Shown: one piece after another, positions 35,301 to 45,861 of the stretch
Numbering within the stretch: the stretch's first letter is position 1
Layout: every line of letters begins with the position of its first letter
Program-made: the position numbers and the translations under genes
NCBI GenBank assembly: GCA_963830915.1
Contig: CAWHOE010000035.1
Location: 1-64,000 of the forward strand
DNA length: 64,000 bases
Reading direction: 5' to 3'
Source of the DNA: a candidate division FCPU426 bacterium
GTDB lineage: Bacteria; Oederibacteriota; Muellerivitia; Muellerivitales; Muellerivitaceae
Notes under the pieces: generated by a model
What the model saw: only the letters and a program-made list of their open reading frames with translations
Databases searched by the model: none
Told to the model about the DNA's origin: nothing

Positions 35301-36088
35301 TCCACGATGACTTCGCCCGTTTCAGGGTCCACAACATCCTGGGCAGCGGCTTTACCTTGGAGCTTCTTTTCAGAGATATCGGAATTCTCGACCTCAAAGA
35401 AAATTTTCAAAATGTCCTCATCGCTGGAAAAACCCCAAGAGCGAAGCAACGTACTCGCGACGAACTTTCTTTTACGATCGATACGGGCATAAAGGATCCC
35501 GTTCACATCGAATTCAAACTCCAGCCAAGAGCCGTGATACGGAATCACACTCGCCATATAGATCTTCTTGCCCGAGACGGACAATTTCCCGTCGTCTTCA
35601 TCAAAAGTAACACCAGGCGACCGATGCAATTGGGAAACAATGACCCGTTCGGCGCCATTGATCATGAAAGTTCCTCGATCGGTCATCATGGGCAGGTCGC
35701 AGAAGAAAACCTCTTGTTCTCGGATATCTTTTACTTTCTTTGTACCCGTTTCAGGGTCCTCTTCGCGGATAACCAACCGAAGGGTCACCTTCATGGGGAC
35801 TGAATACGTCATTCCTCTTTCCTGACATTCACGAACGTTATATTTAGGTTCCAATAAGCTATAGGAAACGAATTCTAGCGATGAAACCTCATTGAAGTCC
35901 CATATTGGGAATACGCTATTGAAAACGGATTGAAGACCTTGATCAGGCCTTTGATCGGGGGCTGATTCCCGTTGAAGAAACGCTTCATAGGATTTTCTTT
36001 GAAACTCTATAAGATCAGGCATTTCCATGATGGTGGGGATACGGCTAAAATCAATGCGTTCGCGACGACCATATTTCACTTTTTTCAC
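32399..36088 (-). CDS. rpoB: RNA polymerase beta subunit
   Basis: [33 protein letters not shown]; start set at GTG 36088 (GGAGG SD). Confidence 0.99.
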   Translation of the reverse strand: MKKVKYGRRERIDFSRIPTIMEMPDLIEFQRKSYEAFLQRESAPDQRPDQGLQSVFNSVFPIWDFNEVSSLEFVSYSLLEPKYNVRECQERGMTYSVPMKVTLRLVIREEDPETGTKKVKDIREQEVFFCDLPMMTDRGTFMINGAERVIVSQLHRSPGVTFDEDDGKLSVSGKKIYMASVIPYHGSWLEFEFDVNGILYARIDRKRKFVASTLLRSWGFSSDEDILKIFFEVENSDISEKKLQGKAAAQDVVDPETGEVIVEAGADFTPEVVAVLKKQGVKQVKAVPSNPNDVSILNTLRKDNTHSTETASVEIYKKMRPGDPPTLENAKNLMDNLFFNKKRYDLAKVGRYKMNKKLSLKTALDQRTISKEDLVCIIRYLFNLCNGNGDKDDIDHLGNRRVRTAGELLENKLRLGFTRMERAVRERMSIVDMDMNPMPSQLISTKPITAAVKEFFGTSQLSQFMDQTNPLAELTHKRRLSALGPGGLNRERAGFEVRDVHHTHYGRVCPIETPEGPNIGLIASLSTYAQINEYGFVTTPLRKVESGRVGKKIEFLPADDADKFVIAQANTPLDESNKFNSDIIAARYKDDFPLVAPNDIHYMDVSPRQLFSVATSLIPFLEHDDANRALMGSNMQRQAVPLIRTEAPFVGTGMEYKAAYDSGVLLIAKRDGVIAGVSSDEIIIFADEMDATGSVDIYKLTKYKRSNQDTCINQRPIVKKGEKVKKGDVIADGPSTDQGELALGRNLLVAFMPWRGFNFEDAIIVSEKLVREDYFTSVHIEEFELEARDTKLGKEEITRDIPNVGDEALKDLDEDGIIRVGAEVVPGDIMVGKVTPKGETELTPEEKLLRAIFGEKAGDVRDASLRVPPGVEGKVIDVKVFKRKEKDEKIKGRDAALLKSIEKDSIHKIKQLEKENENRIASLRAQTEEKAKDLNKSEKASLDEAFEEESKRLKEVLESRVREIEREKNNEIEKVKKGDELPPGVIKLVKVYVAKKRKLSVGDKMAGRHGNKGVVSKIVPVEDMPYLPDGRPVDIILNPLGVPSRMNVGQILETHLGWAAFEGGYHVASPVFDGAKEDEIKEALAEQGLPESGKITLYDGMTGESFDQEVTVGYIYILKLAHLVDDKIHARSIGPYSLITQQPLGGKAQFGGQRFGEMEVWALEAYGAAYTLQELLTVKSDDVQGRTKVYEAIVKGKNSPEPGVPESFNVLVKELQGLCLDVKLMKNSN

Positions 36089-36175
36089 AAAAAATCCTCC
36101 GGAACAGAAAAGGGATGAAAATGCCACGAAAAAAAAACGAGAAAAGGGTTTTCTCGTTTGGGGCAAAGAGGGGTG

Positions 36176-36205
36176 ATTATACAGAGATGATAAAAGACAA
36201 GTCAA
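36176..36205 (-). promoter_or_regulatory. Sigma70-type promoter of rpoB
   Basis: TTGACT (36205-36200), 18 bp spacer, TATAAT (36181-36176). Confidence 0.7.
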
Positions 36206-36212
36206 TAAATAC

Positions 36213-37091
36213 TTATTTTTTAAGCACTAATATCCTAGGTAATCCCCTTAGGTCTGGACTTATAGAAACCTCAACCCCCCGGTTTTTAAATAGTAATTCT
36301 ATTTTTTCTGCACGATCTTGATGTATTTCGAGGAAAGCCACCCCTCCCGGCGCCAAATATTTCACCAGATCTGGGGCTAATTTTTCAAAGGCATCAAGGC
36401 CCGTTTCCCCTGCATAAAGGGCTTCCGAAGGTTCAAAAAGGGCTACTTCTGGCTCCAATTCCCCCTTTTCCTTAATCGCTATATAGGGTGGATTGGTGAC
36501 AATTACTTGGTATTGTTTGGGATCTCCTCCTTGCAGCGCTTCAAACCAACTACCAAGACGCCACTGGATAGGTCTTTTCGCGTTTAGAGAAATCTCATTT
36601 TCTTTAGCGATTTCCAAGGCTTTTTCAGAAAGATCCACAGCCCAAGCATGGCACGGAAGTGAATTAACAATCGACAAGACAATACAGCCGCTACCCGTTC
36701 CAAGATCCAATAAAGTTCGTTTATCCTCTGGTATCGTTTTTAACCATTCCAAAGCTTTCTCAACCAAAAGTTCCGTTTCAGGTCTGGGGATCAGCACTCC
36801 GGGAGTAACCTTAAAGGGATAACCAAAAAATTCTCTTTTTCCCAGGATATATTGAAGCGGTTCACGGTTTATTCGACGTTTGATCAATTCCCTTATTTTT
36901 GTAAGCTCTTCCTTATCCAGTGGACGGTCATATTGCAAATAAACCTTTAAACGATTGATCCCTAAAACAAAAGCCATCAAGCATTCGATATCAAAACGAG
37001 CGTTTGCGATACCCTTTTGGGTTAAAAAAGGCACAGCCCATTGGATGATCTTAAGCGGAGTCCAAATTTCAGGGTCATTTTGATTGTTCAG
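36213..37091 (-). CDS. prmC: Release factor glutamine methyltransferase PrmC/HemK
   Basis: [25 protein letters not shown]; frame open upstream of GTG 37034 through EIWT..IIQWA to a CTG at 37091 with AAGAGG SD (start uncertain). Confidence 0.93.
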   Translation of the reverse strand: MNNQNDPEIWTPLKIIQWAVPFLTQKGIANARFDIECLMAFVLGINRLKVYLQYDRPLDKEELTKIRELIKRRINREPLQYILGKREFFGYPFKVTPGVLIPRPETELLVEKALEWLKTIPEDKRTLLDLGTGSGCIVLSIVNSLPCHAWAVDLSEKALEIAKENEISLNAKRPIQWRLGSWFEALQGGDPKQYQVIVTNPPYIAIKEKGELEPEVALFEPSEALYAGETGLDAFEKLAPDLVKYLAPGGVAFLEIHQDRAEKIELLFKNRGVEVSISPDLRGLPRILVLKK

Positions 37092-37139
37092 GGATTTAAA
37101 CCTCTTGGTAATGAAAACAATTTTTTGCGGATGGGTGGT

Positions 37140-38207
37140 TTAAAGAGTTTCTTGCAATTGTTCCTCTTGAAAAGCCAAAGCTAAAGCATCCAGGAATTCC
37201 GTCAATTCCCCTTCCATCACCCGATCCAATTGATAAAGCGTCATGCCGATCCGATGATCCGTCACCCTATTTTGGGGATAATTATAAGTCCTTATTTTCT
37301 CGCTTCGGTCTCCGCTTCCGACTTGGCTTTTTCGGTTAGCGGATTCTTTCATACGGGCTTCCTCGTCGGTTTTTTCCTTCAATCTTGCGTAAAGAACTTT
37401 CATGGCTTTAGCTTTGTTTTTAAGCTGGGATCTTTCATCCTGACATTGAACCACCAGGCCGGAAGGTATATGCGTGATGCGGACTGCTGAATAAGTGGTA
37501 TTAACGCTTTGGCCCCCAGCTCCCGAAGAGCAAAATGTGTCGAGCCTTATATCCGAATCCTTGATTTGTACATCCACCTGATCCACTTCGGCTAAAACCG
37601 CCACGGTCGCCGCCGAGGTATGGATACGTCCCGAAGCCTCGGTACGAGGCACTCTTTGGACTCTATGGGTTCCACTTTCGAATCTAAAACGACCAAAAGC
37701 CCCTTTGCCCAGGATTGAAAATACGATTTCCTTGAAACCGCCGATTTCTGTTTGACTGGAATCGATCAATTCCATTTTATAACCCAATTTTTCGATACAC
37801 CTGGAATACATCCTGAATAGATCCGCCGCGAACAGGGCCGCTTCCCCTCCTCCCGTTCCAGCACGGATCTCCATGATGGCGTTCTTGTCACCGTTCGGAT
37901 CCTTGGGAATAAGAAGGATTTTCAACTCTTTTATCGATTCTTCCAATTTCCGATCGAGAACCGGTATCTCGGCTTGTGCGAGTGTTTTCATTTCGGCATC
38001 GCCAGCGGTCAGCATGGAATTGGCTTCCTCACGCTCGCGAAGGAACCGATGATATTCCCTTGTTTTTTCTATCAAGGGCTGAAGGTCGGCGTGTTCTTTT
38101 GTTAATTTTTGCAATTCCGAGGAATTGGGAATGGTATCAGGACGCATCAAACGTTCGGACAATTCCTGATAGCGTTTTTCTGCCTGTTGAAGTTTTAGTT
38201 CTATCAT
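37140..38207 (-). CDS. prfA: Peptide chain release factor 1
   Basis: GGQ motif, RF1-type PxT (VPRT), [10 protein letters not shown]. Confidence 0.98.
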   Translation of the reverse strand: MIELKLQQAEKRYQELSERLMRPDTIPNSSELQKLTKEHADLQPLIEKTREYHRFLREREEANSMLTAGDAEMKTLAQAEIPVLDRKLEESIKELKILLIPKDPNGDKNAIMEIRAGTGGGEAALFAADLFRMYSRCIEKLGYKMELIDSSQTEIGGFKEIVFSILGKGAFGRFRFESGTHRVQRVPRTEASGRIHTSAATVAVLAEVDQVDVQIKDSDIRLDTFCSSGAGGQSVNTTYSAVRITHIPSGLVVQCQDERSQLKNKAKAMKVLYARLKEKTDEEARMKESANRKSQVGSGDRSEKIRTYNYPQNRVTDHRIGMTLYQLDRVMEGELTEFLDALALAFQEEQLQETL

Positions 38208-38254
38208 GAGATGAAATGCTTCTTAAAAAATTTTAGTTTTAGGTTTTTTTTGAG

Positions 38255-38282
38255 AAAAAACCCCTCGAGGAGCCTCGAGGGG
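38255..38282 (-). terminator. Intrinsic terminator after rpmE
   Basis: CCCCTCGAGG/CCTCGAGGGG stem followed by T6 on minus strand. Confidence 0.8.
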
Positions 38283-38300
38283 CATTGGCGGAAAGGGAAG

Positions 38301-38612
38301 CTATGAATTCTTTTCAGCGGGAGGAGGAGCGGCCAGTCTCTTGGCTTTTTTCGCGGCAGCTGCAACGGCTCTGGCTTCTTCACGAGCCTTATGTTCTGCC
38401 TGGACCGTGGCGGCGGTAGCGGATTTTTTCTGGAATTTCTCCACTCGTCCAGCCATATCCAGAAGTTTTATCTTACCGGTGAAAAACGGATGGCAGGCGG
38501 AACAAACTTCAACGGAATAGGTTTCACCCTTCGTCGAGGCTGTCTCGATCACATTACCGCAGGCGCAAGTGATCCGAGTTTTAAAATACTTTGGATGAAT
38601 TCCAGTTTTCAT
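38301..38612 (-). CDS. rpmE: 50S ribosomal protein bL31 (Zn form) with Ala/Lys-rich tail
   Basis: [23 protein letters not shown]. Confidence 0.96.
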   Translation of the reverse strand: MKTGIHPKYFKTRITCACGNVIETASTKGETYSVEVCSACHPFFTGKIKLLDMAGRVEKFQKKSATAATVQAEHKAREEARAVAAAAKKAKRLAAPPPAEKNS

Positions 38613-38777
38613 TCTGTTGGCTCCGTATGATTATTACAACCGTCCATGACAAATCGGTCAGGAACAGGGTGGATAGTTTATTCAAATTACAAAAAAAATC
38701 AACAACCGAAGAATTAATAACCAAGAAAGCAGAAGAAAGGCCGGCTTTTTTGCCAAACCTAGCTGGACCTTGATCTA

Positions 38778-39707
38778 TTACTGGACTAAATATAATAAAG
38801 GATTTTGGGGTTTTCCATTCAAGCGTATCTCGAAATGCAAATGGGGGCCAGTGACCTTACCCGTTTGGCCAACTTTCCCTATCAATTCCCCTCTTTTGAC
38901 AAATTGGCCATTTTTTAAAAGTATTTCATCCAAATGCGCATACCACGATGTAAGGCCGCCCCCATGGTCCAGAACGATGACCCTGCCATAACCGGCCTTG
39001 ATCCCTGTGAAAATAGCTTGTCCATCCTGGGAAGCAACAACCCGGGCATGCCATCCTGGCGCTAAATCCAATCCTGAGTGGAAGGCCATCTTTCCAGTGA
39101 TGGGATGACGCCTCATCCCGAAACCATCCGCAAAACGGCCGGTGGTGGGCTTAAGGAACCCCTTCTGGACTTGAAGGGAAACCAAAGAAATCCACCTAAC
39201 ATCCGAACGAGAAAGATATGCGGCTCCTGGAAGGATCAAAACTTCCCCAGGTTTAATATCTTGATCGCCTTTTTTATGGTTGGCCTTTAACACCTCTTTT
39301 AACGGAATCCCATAAGCACGAGAAATATCGGCCAACCCCTGTCCTTGCCGAACCACATGAAAGATTGCATCCCTATCGGGTATAGCAATAGTGGTATCCG
39401 CCTTTGGTTCGATCTGGAAATTAGCCTGATTAAGGCTTCTAAGCGCTGCTTCGGAAACGTGAAAACGTGCGGCAAGCCCGTTAAAAGTGTCCCCAGGAAC
39501 CGTATGGTAGATGGAAAACTTCACGCCTGGAACATTTAAAAATGGGGTGAAATCCAAAAGGGTATCGGTGACTTTCGCCGGGGATGAAACTAGATAGGAC
39601 ATAAACGCCGGTTGGTATTGATAAACAAACCAACCCAACAAACCCAACCAGATCAAGATTAGGACCGTCGCAACGGATAAGTAGACCCGTCGAACGAATG
39701 GGTCCAT
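38778..39707 (-). CDS. Membrane-anchored LysM + M23 peptidase
   Basis: N-terminal TM, two LysM-like repeats, HSGLD, YAHL, TGPHLHFE. Confidence 0.9.
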   Translation of the reverse strand: MDPFVRRVYLSVATVLILIWLGLLGWFVYQYQPAFMSYLVSSPAKVTDTLLDFTPFLNVPGVKFSIYHTVPGDTFNGLAARFHVSEAALRSLNQANFQIEPKADTTIAIPDRDAIFHVVRQGQGLADISRAYGIPLKEVLKANHKKGDQDIKPGEVLILPGAAYLSRSDVRWISLVSLQVQKGFLKPTTGRFADGFGMRRHPITGKMAFHSGLDLAPGWHARVVASQDGQAIFTGIKAGYGRVIVLDHGGGLTSWYAHLDEILLKNGQFVKRGELIGKVGQTGKVTGPHLHFEIRLNGKPQNPLLYLVQ

Positions 39708-39710
39708 GTG

Positions 39711-40970
39711 TTAGTCGTTGACCGTGCCCTTCATGGATTCCAAAAAGGCTTTGTTGGATTTGGTCCTACGCATCTTATCCAACAGAAATTCCATGGCCTC
39801 CACCGGGTTATTGGGGTTAAGTATCTTTCGTAAGATCCAAACCTTGTTCAATTCCTCTTCGGTTAAAAGCAACTCTTCCCGGCGTGTTCCTGAACGGGTG
39901 ATATCAAAGGCGGGGAATACCCTTCGGTCGGCCAATTTCCTGTCCAGGATGATTTCCATATTTCCAGTACCTTTGAATTCTTCAAATATGACTTCATCCA
40001 TTCGGCTACCCGTATCGATCAGAGCGGTGGCCATGATGGTTAAGCTTCCACCCTCCTCGATATCACGAGCGGCACCGAAGAAACGTTTGGGGCGTTGCAA
40101 TGCGTTCGAATCCACACCTCCCGACAAAACCTTACCGGATGATGGGACAATCGTGTTATAGGCTCTGCCCAATCGGGTAATGGAATCCAAAAGGATGACC
40201 ACATCACGCTTATGTTCCACTAATCGCTTGGCCTTTTCGATGATGATCTCCGCGACGGTCACATGGCGTTCTGGCGGTTCATCGAATGTCGAGGAAACCA
40301 CTTCGCCTTTGACAGAGCGTTGCATATCGGTGACCTCTTCAGGTCTTTCATCGATCAACAGTACGATCAAGTAAATTTCCGGGTGATTTTTTGTGATGCT
40401 GTTGGCTATCTTTTGCAGGAGTATGGTTTTTCCTGTTCTGGGAGGGGCCACGATGAGTCCTCGCTGACCTTTCCCCAGGGGGATCAATAGATCCATTACC
40501 CTCGTGGACATATCATCCGGGCTTGTTTCCAACCATATCCGATGGTTGGGATAAATGGGTGTCAAGTTATCAAAAAGGACTTTCTGTTTGACCGCATCTG
40601 GCGGTTCGAAATTGATACTGTCCACTTTCAAAAGAGCGAAATAACGTTCCCCTTCCTTTGGGGGACGGACCTGACCCGTCACCGTGTCGCCAGTCCGTAA
40701 GTTGAATCGACGGATTTGGGATGGGGAAACATAAATGTCATCCGGACCAGGAAGATAATTATAGTTGGCGGACCTCAAAAAACCGAAACCATCCGGTAGG
40801 ATTTCTAGGACCCCTTCGGCATTGATGACGCCGTTTCGCTGGGTCTGGGTTTCCAGGAGCTTGAAGATCAGATCCTGTTTCTTCATGGAGCTGACCCCTT
40901 CCAGGTTCAACTCCCTCGCGAGATCAGTGAGCTCGGCGATGGTTTTCTTTTTCAGGTCCGCGATGTCCAT
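39711..40970 (-). CDS. rho: Transcription termination factor Rho
   Basis: [32 protein letters not shown]. Confidence 0.99.
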   Translation of the reverse strand: MDIADLKKKTIAELTDLARELNLEGVSSMKKQDLIFKLLETQTQRNGVINAEGVLEILPDGFGFLRSANYNYLPGPDDIYVSPSQIRRFNLRTGDTVTGQVRPPKEGERYFALLKVDSINFEPPDAVKQKVLFDNLTPIYPNHRIWLETSPDDMSTRVMDLLIPLGKGQRGLIVAPPRTGKTILLQKIANSITKNHPEIYLIVLLIDERPEEVTDMQRSVKGEVVSSTFDEPPERHVTVAEIIIEKAKRLVEHKRDVVILLDSITRLGRAYNTIVPSSGKVLSGGVDSNALQRPKRFFGAARDIEEGGSLTIMATALIDTGSRMDEVIFEEFKGTGNMEIILDRKLADRRVFPAFDITRSGTRREELLLTEEELNKVWILRKILNPNNPVEAMEFLLDKMRRTKSNKAFLESMKGTVND

Positions 40971-41220
40971 AAAAACGGTGATCCTTTCTAAATACCACCC
41001 AGCCCTATCGAATGGCTGATGGTGTGTAATGGGTAAATCGAGAAGTAAATATAACTATTTTCAACCGTGATTTTGAAACAAGACCTAATCGACACTATCC
41101 GCTTTAAACCGCAAGATTCCTTTTGCTTTAATGCACTTTATGGATTTTGAAAATGGGTTTGGGGGTCGTTCCATCGGGAATTAATGAGGATAAAAACTGA
41201 TATATGTTGGTGATGCGGTT

Positions 41221-41249
41221 ATCCTACCCACCCCCCCAGAAGGTGTCAA
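41221..41249 (-). promoter_or_regulatory. Sigma70-type promoter of rho (implies ~245 nt leader)
   Basis: TTGACA (41249-41244), 17 bp spacer, TAGGAT (41226-41221). Confidence 0.6.
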
Positions 41250-41288
41250 CTTCTTTTTTACCAAGTTCCCGCACCCTCACTTAACCGT

Positions 41289-42683
41289 TCAGATAGGATA
41301 AGCCACCACGCAATTCCTTCCCCTTCCTTTGGCGGCGTAAAGTGCCTGATCGGATTTGCCGATCAAGTCCAAGCTGGTTTGGGCGTCTTCGGGATAAGTG
41401 GCGACCCCAATGGAGATCGTCACTCGGGTAGTTTCTTTGCCGATGGCGAACGAGTAGTTCTCGACGGACTTTCGGATCTTTTCCGCCAATTCAATGACCT
41501 GATCTTTGGTCGTCTCCGAAGCGATCAAGACCATTTCCTCACCGCCATACCGAGCCGCCAAATGGGCGACATCCGATTGGTCCCGAAGGATCTTGGCTAC
41601 ATCCATCAGGACATGGTCCCCGGCCACGTGTCCATAGGAGTCGTTGTAATGTTTGAAATGATCAATATCAAGGATCAATAAACTCAAAGGTGAAGAATAG
41701 CGGTTTGCTAGGATCATCTCCTCTTCCAAACGTTGCTTGAAATATCGATGTGAATAAAGCTTGGTTAATCCATCCGTGATAGAAAGCTTCTGGACCTTTT
41801 CATAGAGCAGGGATTTTTGCAGCCCGATCGAGATCTGATTGCAGAATATCTGGAAATTCATGAACTTTTCCTGATCCAAAAGACTTTCTTTCAGGGAATA
41901 GGAACAAATGAATCCAATGACCCTGTCTTGGACCAAGAAAGGCATGAAGACGAAGGATCGTATTGGTAAATGCCCCCATTTGGCGAACCTTTGATTCTGT
42001 TCCATGGTGGGCATCCAAACCGGCTTTTTCTCCCGAGCCAACACGGCTCCGATCTGACTGGACTCTATATCCAATTCGAAAGATTTTAAGAACACCTCGT
42101 CACAACCCGAAACGATCTTGACCTCGTATTTTTTACCATCGTTGGAAAGCACGGCAATGATGAAATGAGGAAGTTCGAACATTCTTTCCGTGAAATCCTT
42201 GGCCAGTTCGATCATTTCCTGGACATTCAAAGTACTTCCCGCCTCTTTGATCACATCGTATAAATGCTCGATCTGGCGGAGCTGTTTCTCGATCTGGTTG
42301 TTCTTTTTTTTCACGTCATCGGCCTGGTTTCGGATCGATTGATATTGACTTTCCCGCTCTTGGAATTCCGAATCGAATTGGGTCTTGACCCGATCATGGC
42401 TTTTCTGGATGAAAGCGGGGGTCAAGGAAAGAAACAAGATCCCCATTACTTCGGGCAGAACCCAACTTTGGGGATACCAGTGAAAAAGAACCTTGCCTGC
42501 CAGCGCCCCGGCCGCGAATGTGATCAAGAACCACTTGGCGATTTGCGGAAACTTAAATTGGAATGTCACGATGAAAAAAACAGGCGACCCGATCACAAAA
42601 GAACTGGCCCCCGGCAGCAAAGCCAATAAAAGAAAGAGAAGGGCTAAAACAGGCCCGGTGATGAGCGGGGATAATTCAGGCAT
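41289..42683 (-). CDS. Membrane-anchored GAF-GGDEF diguanylate cyclase
   Basis: N-terminal TMs, coiled coil, GAF-like region, TDGLT, DIDHFK..ND.YGH, RYGGEEM. Confidence 0.9.
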   Translation of the reverse strand: MPELSPLITGPVLALLFLLLALLPGASSFVIGSPVFFIVTFQFKFPQIAKWFLITFAAGALAGKVLFHWYPQSWVLPEVMGILFLSLTPAFIQKSHDRVKTQFDSEFQERESQYQSIRNQADDVKKKNNQIEKQLRQIEHLYDVIKEAGSTLNVQEMIELAKDFTERMFELPHFIIAVLSNDGKKYEVKIVSGCDEVFLKSFELDIESSQIGAVLAREKKPVWMPTMEQNQRFAKWGHLPIRSFVFMPFLVQDRVIGFICSYSLKESLLDQEKFMNFQIFCNQISIGLQKSLLYEKVQKLSITDGLTKLYSHRYFKQRLEEEMILANRYSSPLSLLILDIDHFKHYNDSYGHVAGDHVLMDVAKILRDQSDVAHLAARYGGEEMVLIASETTKDQVIELAEKIRKSVENYSFAIGKETTRVTISIGVATYPEDAQTSLDLIGKSDQALYAAKGRGRNCVVAYPI

Positions 42684-44148
42684 TTTCCCCCCCTATCTTG
42701 GCCAAACGCACGCAATTCTTCCCTTCCCCTTTCGCCCGATAAAGGGCTTGGTCGGCCGAATCGATGAAAGTTTCCACGGTCTTTAAATCCTGGCTCAGCT
42801 CTGTGACCCCGATACTAACGGTGATGTGGGTGGATTGCTGACCGGCCAAGATTTCCTGGTCCGCCACCTTCTGGCGTATACGTTCCGCAACGGTTTTCGC
42901 GCCCATTGACGGGGTTTTAAGCAAGAGAACCGAGAACTCCTCGCCCCCATAGCGAGCGACCAGGTCGACCGTACGAACAGTCTCTTTCAATACCTGGGCC
43001 ACCACTTTCAAGACTCGATCCCCGACCAAATGGCCGTAGCGGTCGTTATAACTTTTGAAGTTGTCCACATCGATCATCATCAGGCAAAGAGGCAAATTAT
43101 GCTCGATCGCCCGGTAGACTTCATCCCGGACCCTTTCCTTGTAATACCTTTGGACATAAAGCCCGGTCAATCCATCCGTGATTGCCAATTCAATGGTCTG
43201 TCGATAAAGCGCCACATGCTCCAGCGCGACCGTTCCCAAATCGGCGAAATTGGACAATAGTCTGGCGTTTTCTTGCCGAAAAGCTCCCGAAAAAAAACTC
43301 TCCATTCTTATCAATCCCAGGATCTCATTCCCAGCCATGAGGGGCGCTGAAACTAGACTGCTCACGCCGCTTGCGGGTGGCGCGCTTTGAAAGCGGAAAT
43401 CATTCGTGGCATCGCTGATGACCAATGGTTTTCCTTGGGCCACAACCCAAGCGTTGAAGGCCTCGGCAGGATTCAGCCTCTCGCGGTTGAGTCTTACATC
43501 CATCTCAGTATCCACGCTATAACGAACAGCGTGGAGCGCCTTTCCGATACTGCTATCGAACAATAGGAGAGAATAGACCCCTCCAGGGGCCATGAAGGTT
43601 TTGGAGATGGTCTCGATCAATAAAACCACCACATCCTGTGTTTTGAAGGTCATGGCCAAGCTTCGAGCCAATTCATTCAGGGCTGTATACCGATGGATCT
43701 TGATCTGATTGGCCTGGTAGGCCGTTTTGACTTTGACCAACTCCGCTCGGGTATCATTGGTATTGATCTCGACCTCATCCATGGATTTTTGAAAATGGAA
43801 CTCCCTCTTTTCTTTTTCATGGGTCCATCGGTACCAATAATAATAATTGAGGGATATCCCGATAATGAACGTGATCAGGATCCAAGCAGGCGCGTTGACC
43901 GTGGTCAGGTTGAATAAGGCCACCAGAATAACGCCGATCGACAATATCGCGGTGGAAGCGAGACTTAATAGCACTGAAGAAAGGGCAATGGGTATATAGA
44001 ACAGAAGAAGGCAGGAAAAAAGATTTCCATCGTGGCGGAGCGTCTCATAACACCCGTAACAGGACAAAAAAAACGCGCCCAGGACCAACACCCATCTCCG
44101 AAAGGCGTTCAACCTTTCAAAAGCTGAGAATAGATCGGTTGAGTTCAT
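42676..44148 (-). CDS. Membrane-anchored GAF-GGDEF diguanylate cyclase
   Basis: N-terminal TMs, GAF, TDGLT, DVDNFK..ND.YGH, RTVD...RYGGEEF; start set at ATG 44148 just after coaE stop. Confidence 0.9.
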   Translation of the reverse strand: MNSTDLFSAFERLNAFRRWVLVLGAFFLSCYGCYETLRHDGNLFSCLLLFYIPIALSSVLLSLASTAILSIGVILVALFNLTTVNAPAWILITFIIGISLNYYYWYRWTHEKEKREFHFQKSMDEVEINTNDTRAELVKVKTAYQANQIKIHRYTALNELARSLAMTFKTQDVVVLLIETISKTFMAPGGVYSLLLFDSSIGKALHAVRYSVDTEMDVRLNRERLNPAEAFNAWVVAQGKPLVISDATNDFRFQSAPPASGVSSLVSAPLMAGNEILGLIRMESFFSGAFRQENARLLSNFADLGTVALEHVALYRQTIELAITDGLTGLYVQRYYKERVRDEVYRAIEHNLPLCLMMIDVDNFKSYNDRYGHLVGDRVLKVVAQVLKETVRTVDLVARYGGEEFSVLLLKTPSMGAKTVAERIRQKVADQEILAGQQSTHITVSIGVTELSQDLKTVETFIDSADQALYRAKGEGKNCVRLAKIGGENA

Positions 44149-44150
44149 TA

Positions 44151-44849
44151 TTATTTTCCGAAATACTTTCGTTTCGATACTTGCCGGAGCTTGTCGTTCT
44201 TTTTCAAAACCATTATCCATTGAAACAGGGCTTTTTTTAAGTCCTTTATCGACCCATTGTTATGGACCACCCATTCGGCCATTCTGTTTTTTCGATCCTG
44301 GGACCATTGGTAGTGTTCCCTTTTGGCCAATTCCAGGCCATTCCAACCTCTTTTGAAAATCCGTTTTAAACGCAGGGACCGGCGGGCAGAAACACTGATA
44401 ACACCATCGAATTTGCGGTAGTAACCAGCCTCAAAGATCAGTGGAACTTCCACGATCAGAACAAATGGCGGCTTCTTCTTTTGGCTTTGGTCCCTGACCC
44501 AAGCTTCCACACGCTCTTGGATCGCGGGGTGAAGAAGGCGGTTAAGTCTTGTTTGACTTTTCTTGTCTTGAAAGGCCAGATGCGCTAATGCCCGGCGGTC
44601 GATCTTTCCATCCAGGTCCAGGATGGTCTTTCCGAAAGCCTTGACCAGGGATCTTATGACATCCCGATCCTCTAAAAGTTCATGGCCGATCAAATCGGTT
44701 TGAATGGCCGGGATATTCATTCGATTGAAGATCCCCGCCACTTCGCTTTTCCCAGAACCGATCCCCCCGGTCAATCCAATGACCAAAGGATGGAAACGGC
44801 GCGCGGTCCATCGTAGCTTTGCGATCTTTCGTGAGCGAATGGTTGTCAA
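44151..44849 (-). CDS. coaE: Dephospho-CoA kinase
   Basis: IGLTGGIGSGKS, IDRRAL, LLHP, EVPLIFE. Confidence 0.93.
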   Translation of the reverse strand: MTTIRSRKIAKLRWTARRFHPLVIGLTGGIGSGKSEVAGIFNRMNIPAIQTDLIGHELLEDRDVIRSLVKAFGKTILDLDGKIDRRALAHLAFQDKKSQTRLNRLLHPAIQERVEAWVRDQSQKKKPPFVLIVEVPLIFEAGYYRKFDGVISVSARRSLRLKRIFKRGWNGLELAKREHYQWSQDRKNRMAEWVVHNNGSIKDLKKALFQWIMVLKKNDKLRQVSKRKYFGK

Positions 44850-45701
44850 TTACGATCCAGTTTGCGCCGAAAAAGCGTTCCAAGTATTTTGCATCAACAT
44901 GGCGATGGTCATCAAACCCACGCCCCCCGGCACAGGGGATATGGCGGCAACCTTTTCCGATACCGGACCAAAATCAACATCCCCGCAAAGCTTTTCTCCC
45001 GCTGGGCGGTTGGTACCTACATCGATGACGACCGCGCTCGGTTGGACCATGTCCGCTGTAATGAATCGCGCTTTACCGATAGCGGCCACCAGGATCTCGG
45101 CCCGGCGTATCTCTCCCGCCAGATCCGCCGTCTTACTGTGACACATGGTCACCGTAGCGTTCTCGGCCAGGAGCATCTGGGCCATCGGTTTCCCGACCAT
45201 ATTACTGCGTCCCACAACCACCGCCCTTTTTCCAGAGACGGGTATTTGATAGTAATGCAGCATCTCCATCACCCCATAGGGCGTGCAAGACTTAGGGCCG
45301 GCCATGCCCGCCACCAGCCGGCCTAGATTGTCCGGATGAAGCCCATCCACATCCTTTCTTGGGTCGATGGCAAGAAGGACCTTCTGGGAATCAAAACCTT
45401 TGGGTAATGGAAGTTGGACCAACATTCCATGGATCTTTGGGTCCGCGTTGAGCTGATGGACCAGGTCCAACAGGACCTCTTGGGGTGTATTGGCCGCTAG
45501 ACGATGGACGACGGAATGGAACCCGATCTCCAGGCAGGCCTTTTCCTTGTTCCCAACATAAATAACCGAACCCGGGTCCTCTCCCACCAGGACAACGGCT
45601 AAACCCGGGCGAGGTCCGCCCGCGGGAAGGGCCGCCACCAGGCTCTTCAAACGCTCCTTCACCGCCGAAGCGACCACTTTACCATCCAGGATTTTCGCCA
45701 T
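44850..45701 (-). CDS. folD: Methylenetetrahydrofolate dehydrogenase/cyclohydrolase
   Basis: LVQLPLP, KDVDG, GRSNMVGKP, PVPGGVG. Confidence 0.97.
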   Translation of the reverse strand: MAKILDGKVVASAVKERLKSLVAALPAGGPRPGLAVVLVGEDPGSVIYVGNKEKACLEIGFHSVVHRLAANTPQEVLLDLVHQLNADPKIHGMLVQLPLPKGFDSQKVLLAIDPRKDVDGLHPDNLGRLVAGMAGPKSCTPYGVMEMLHYYQIPVSGKRAVVVGRSNMVGKPMAQMLLAENATVTMCHSKTADLAGEIRRAEILVAAIGKARFITADMVQPSAVVIDVGTNRPAGEKLCGDVDFGPVSEKVAAISPVPGGVGLMTIAMLMQNTWNAFSAQTGS

Positions 45702-45861
45702 AACTTCCTCCCCATCAGATCATTTTTAGGCTAGATGCGGTCATTCTAACCGTCTTAAATCTTGAATGCCAATGACTTCATGGAAAAATCAGGGGAATTA
45801 CCGGTCCATGGCTGGGGAAAAAAATAAAAGAATTCCAGATCGGGAGAGACTTGGATCTTAT

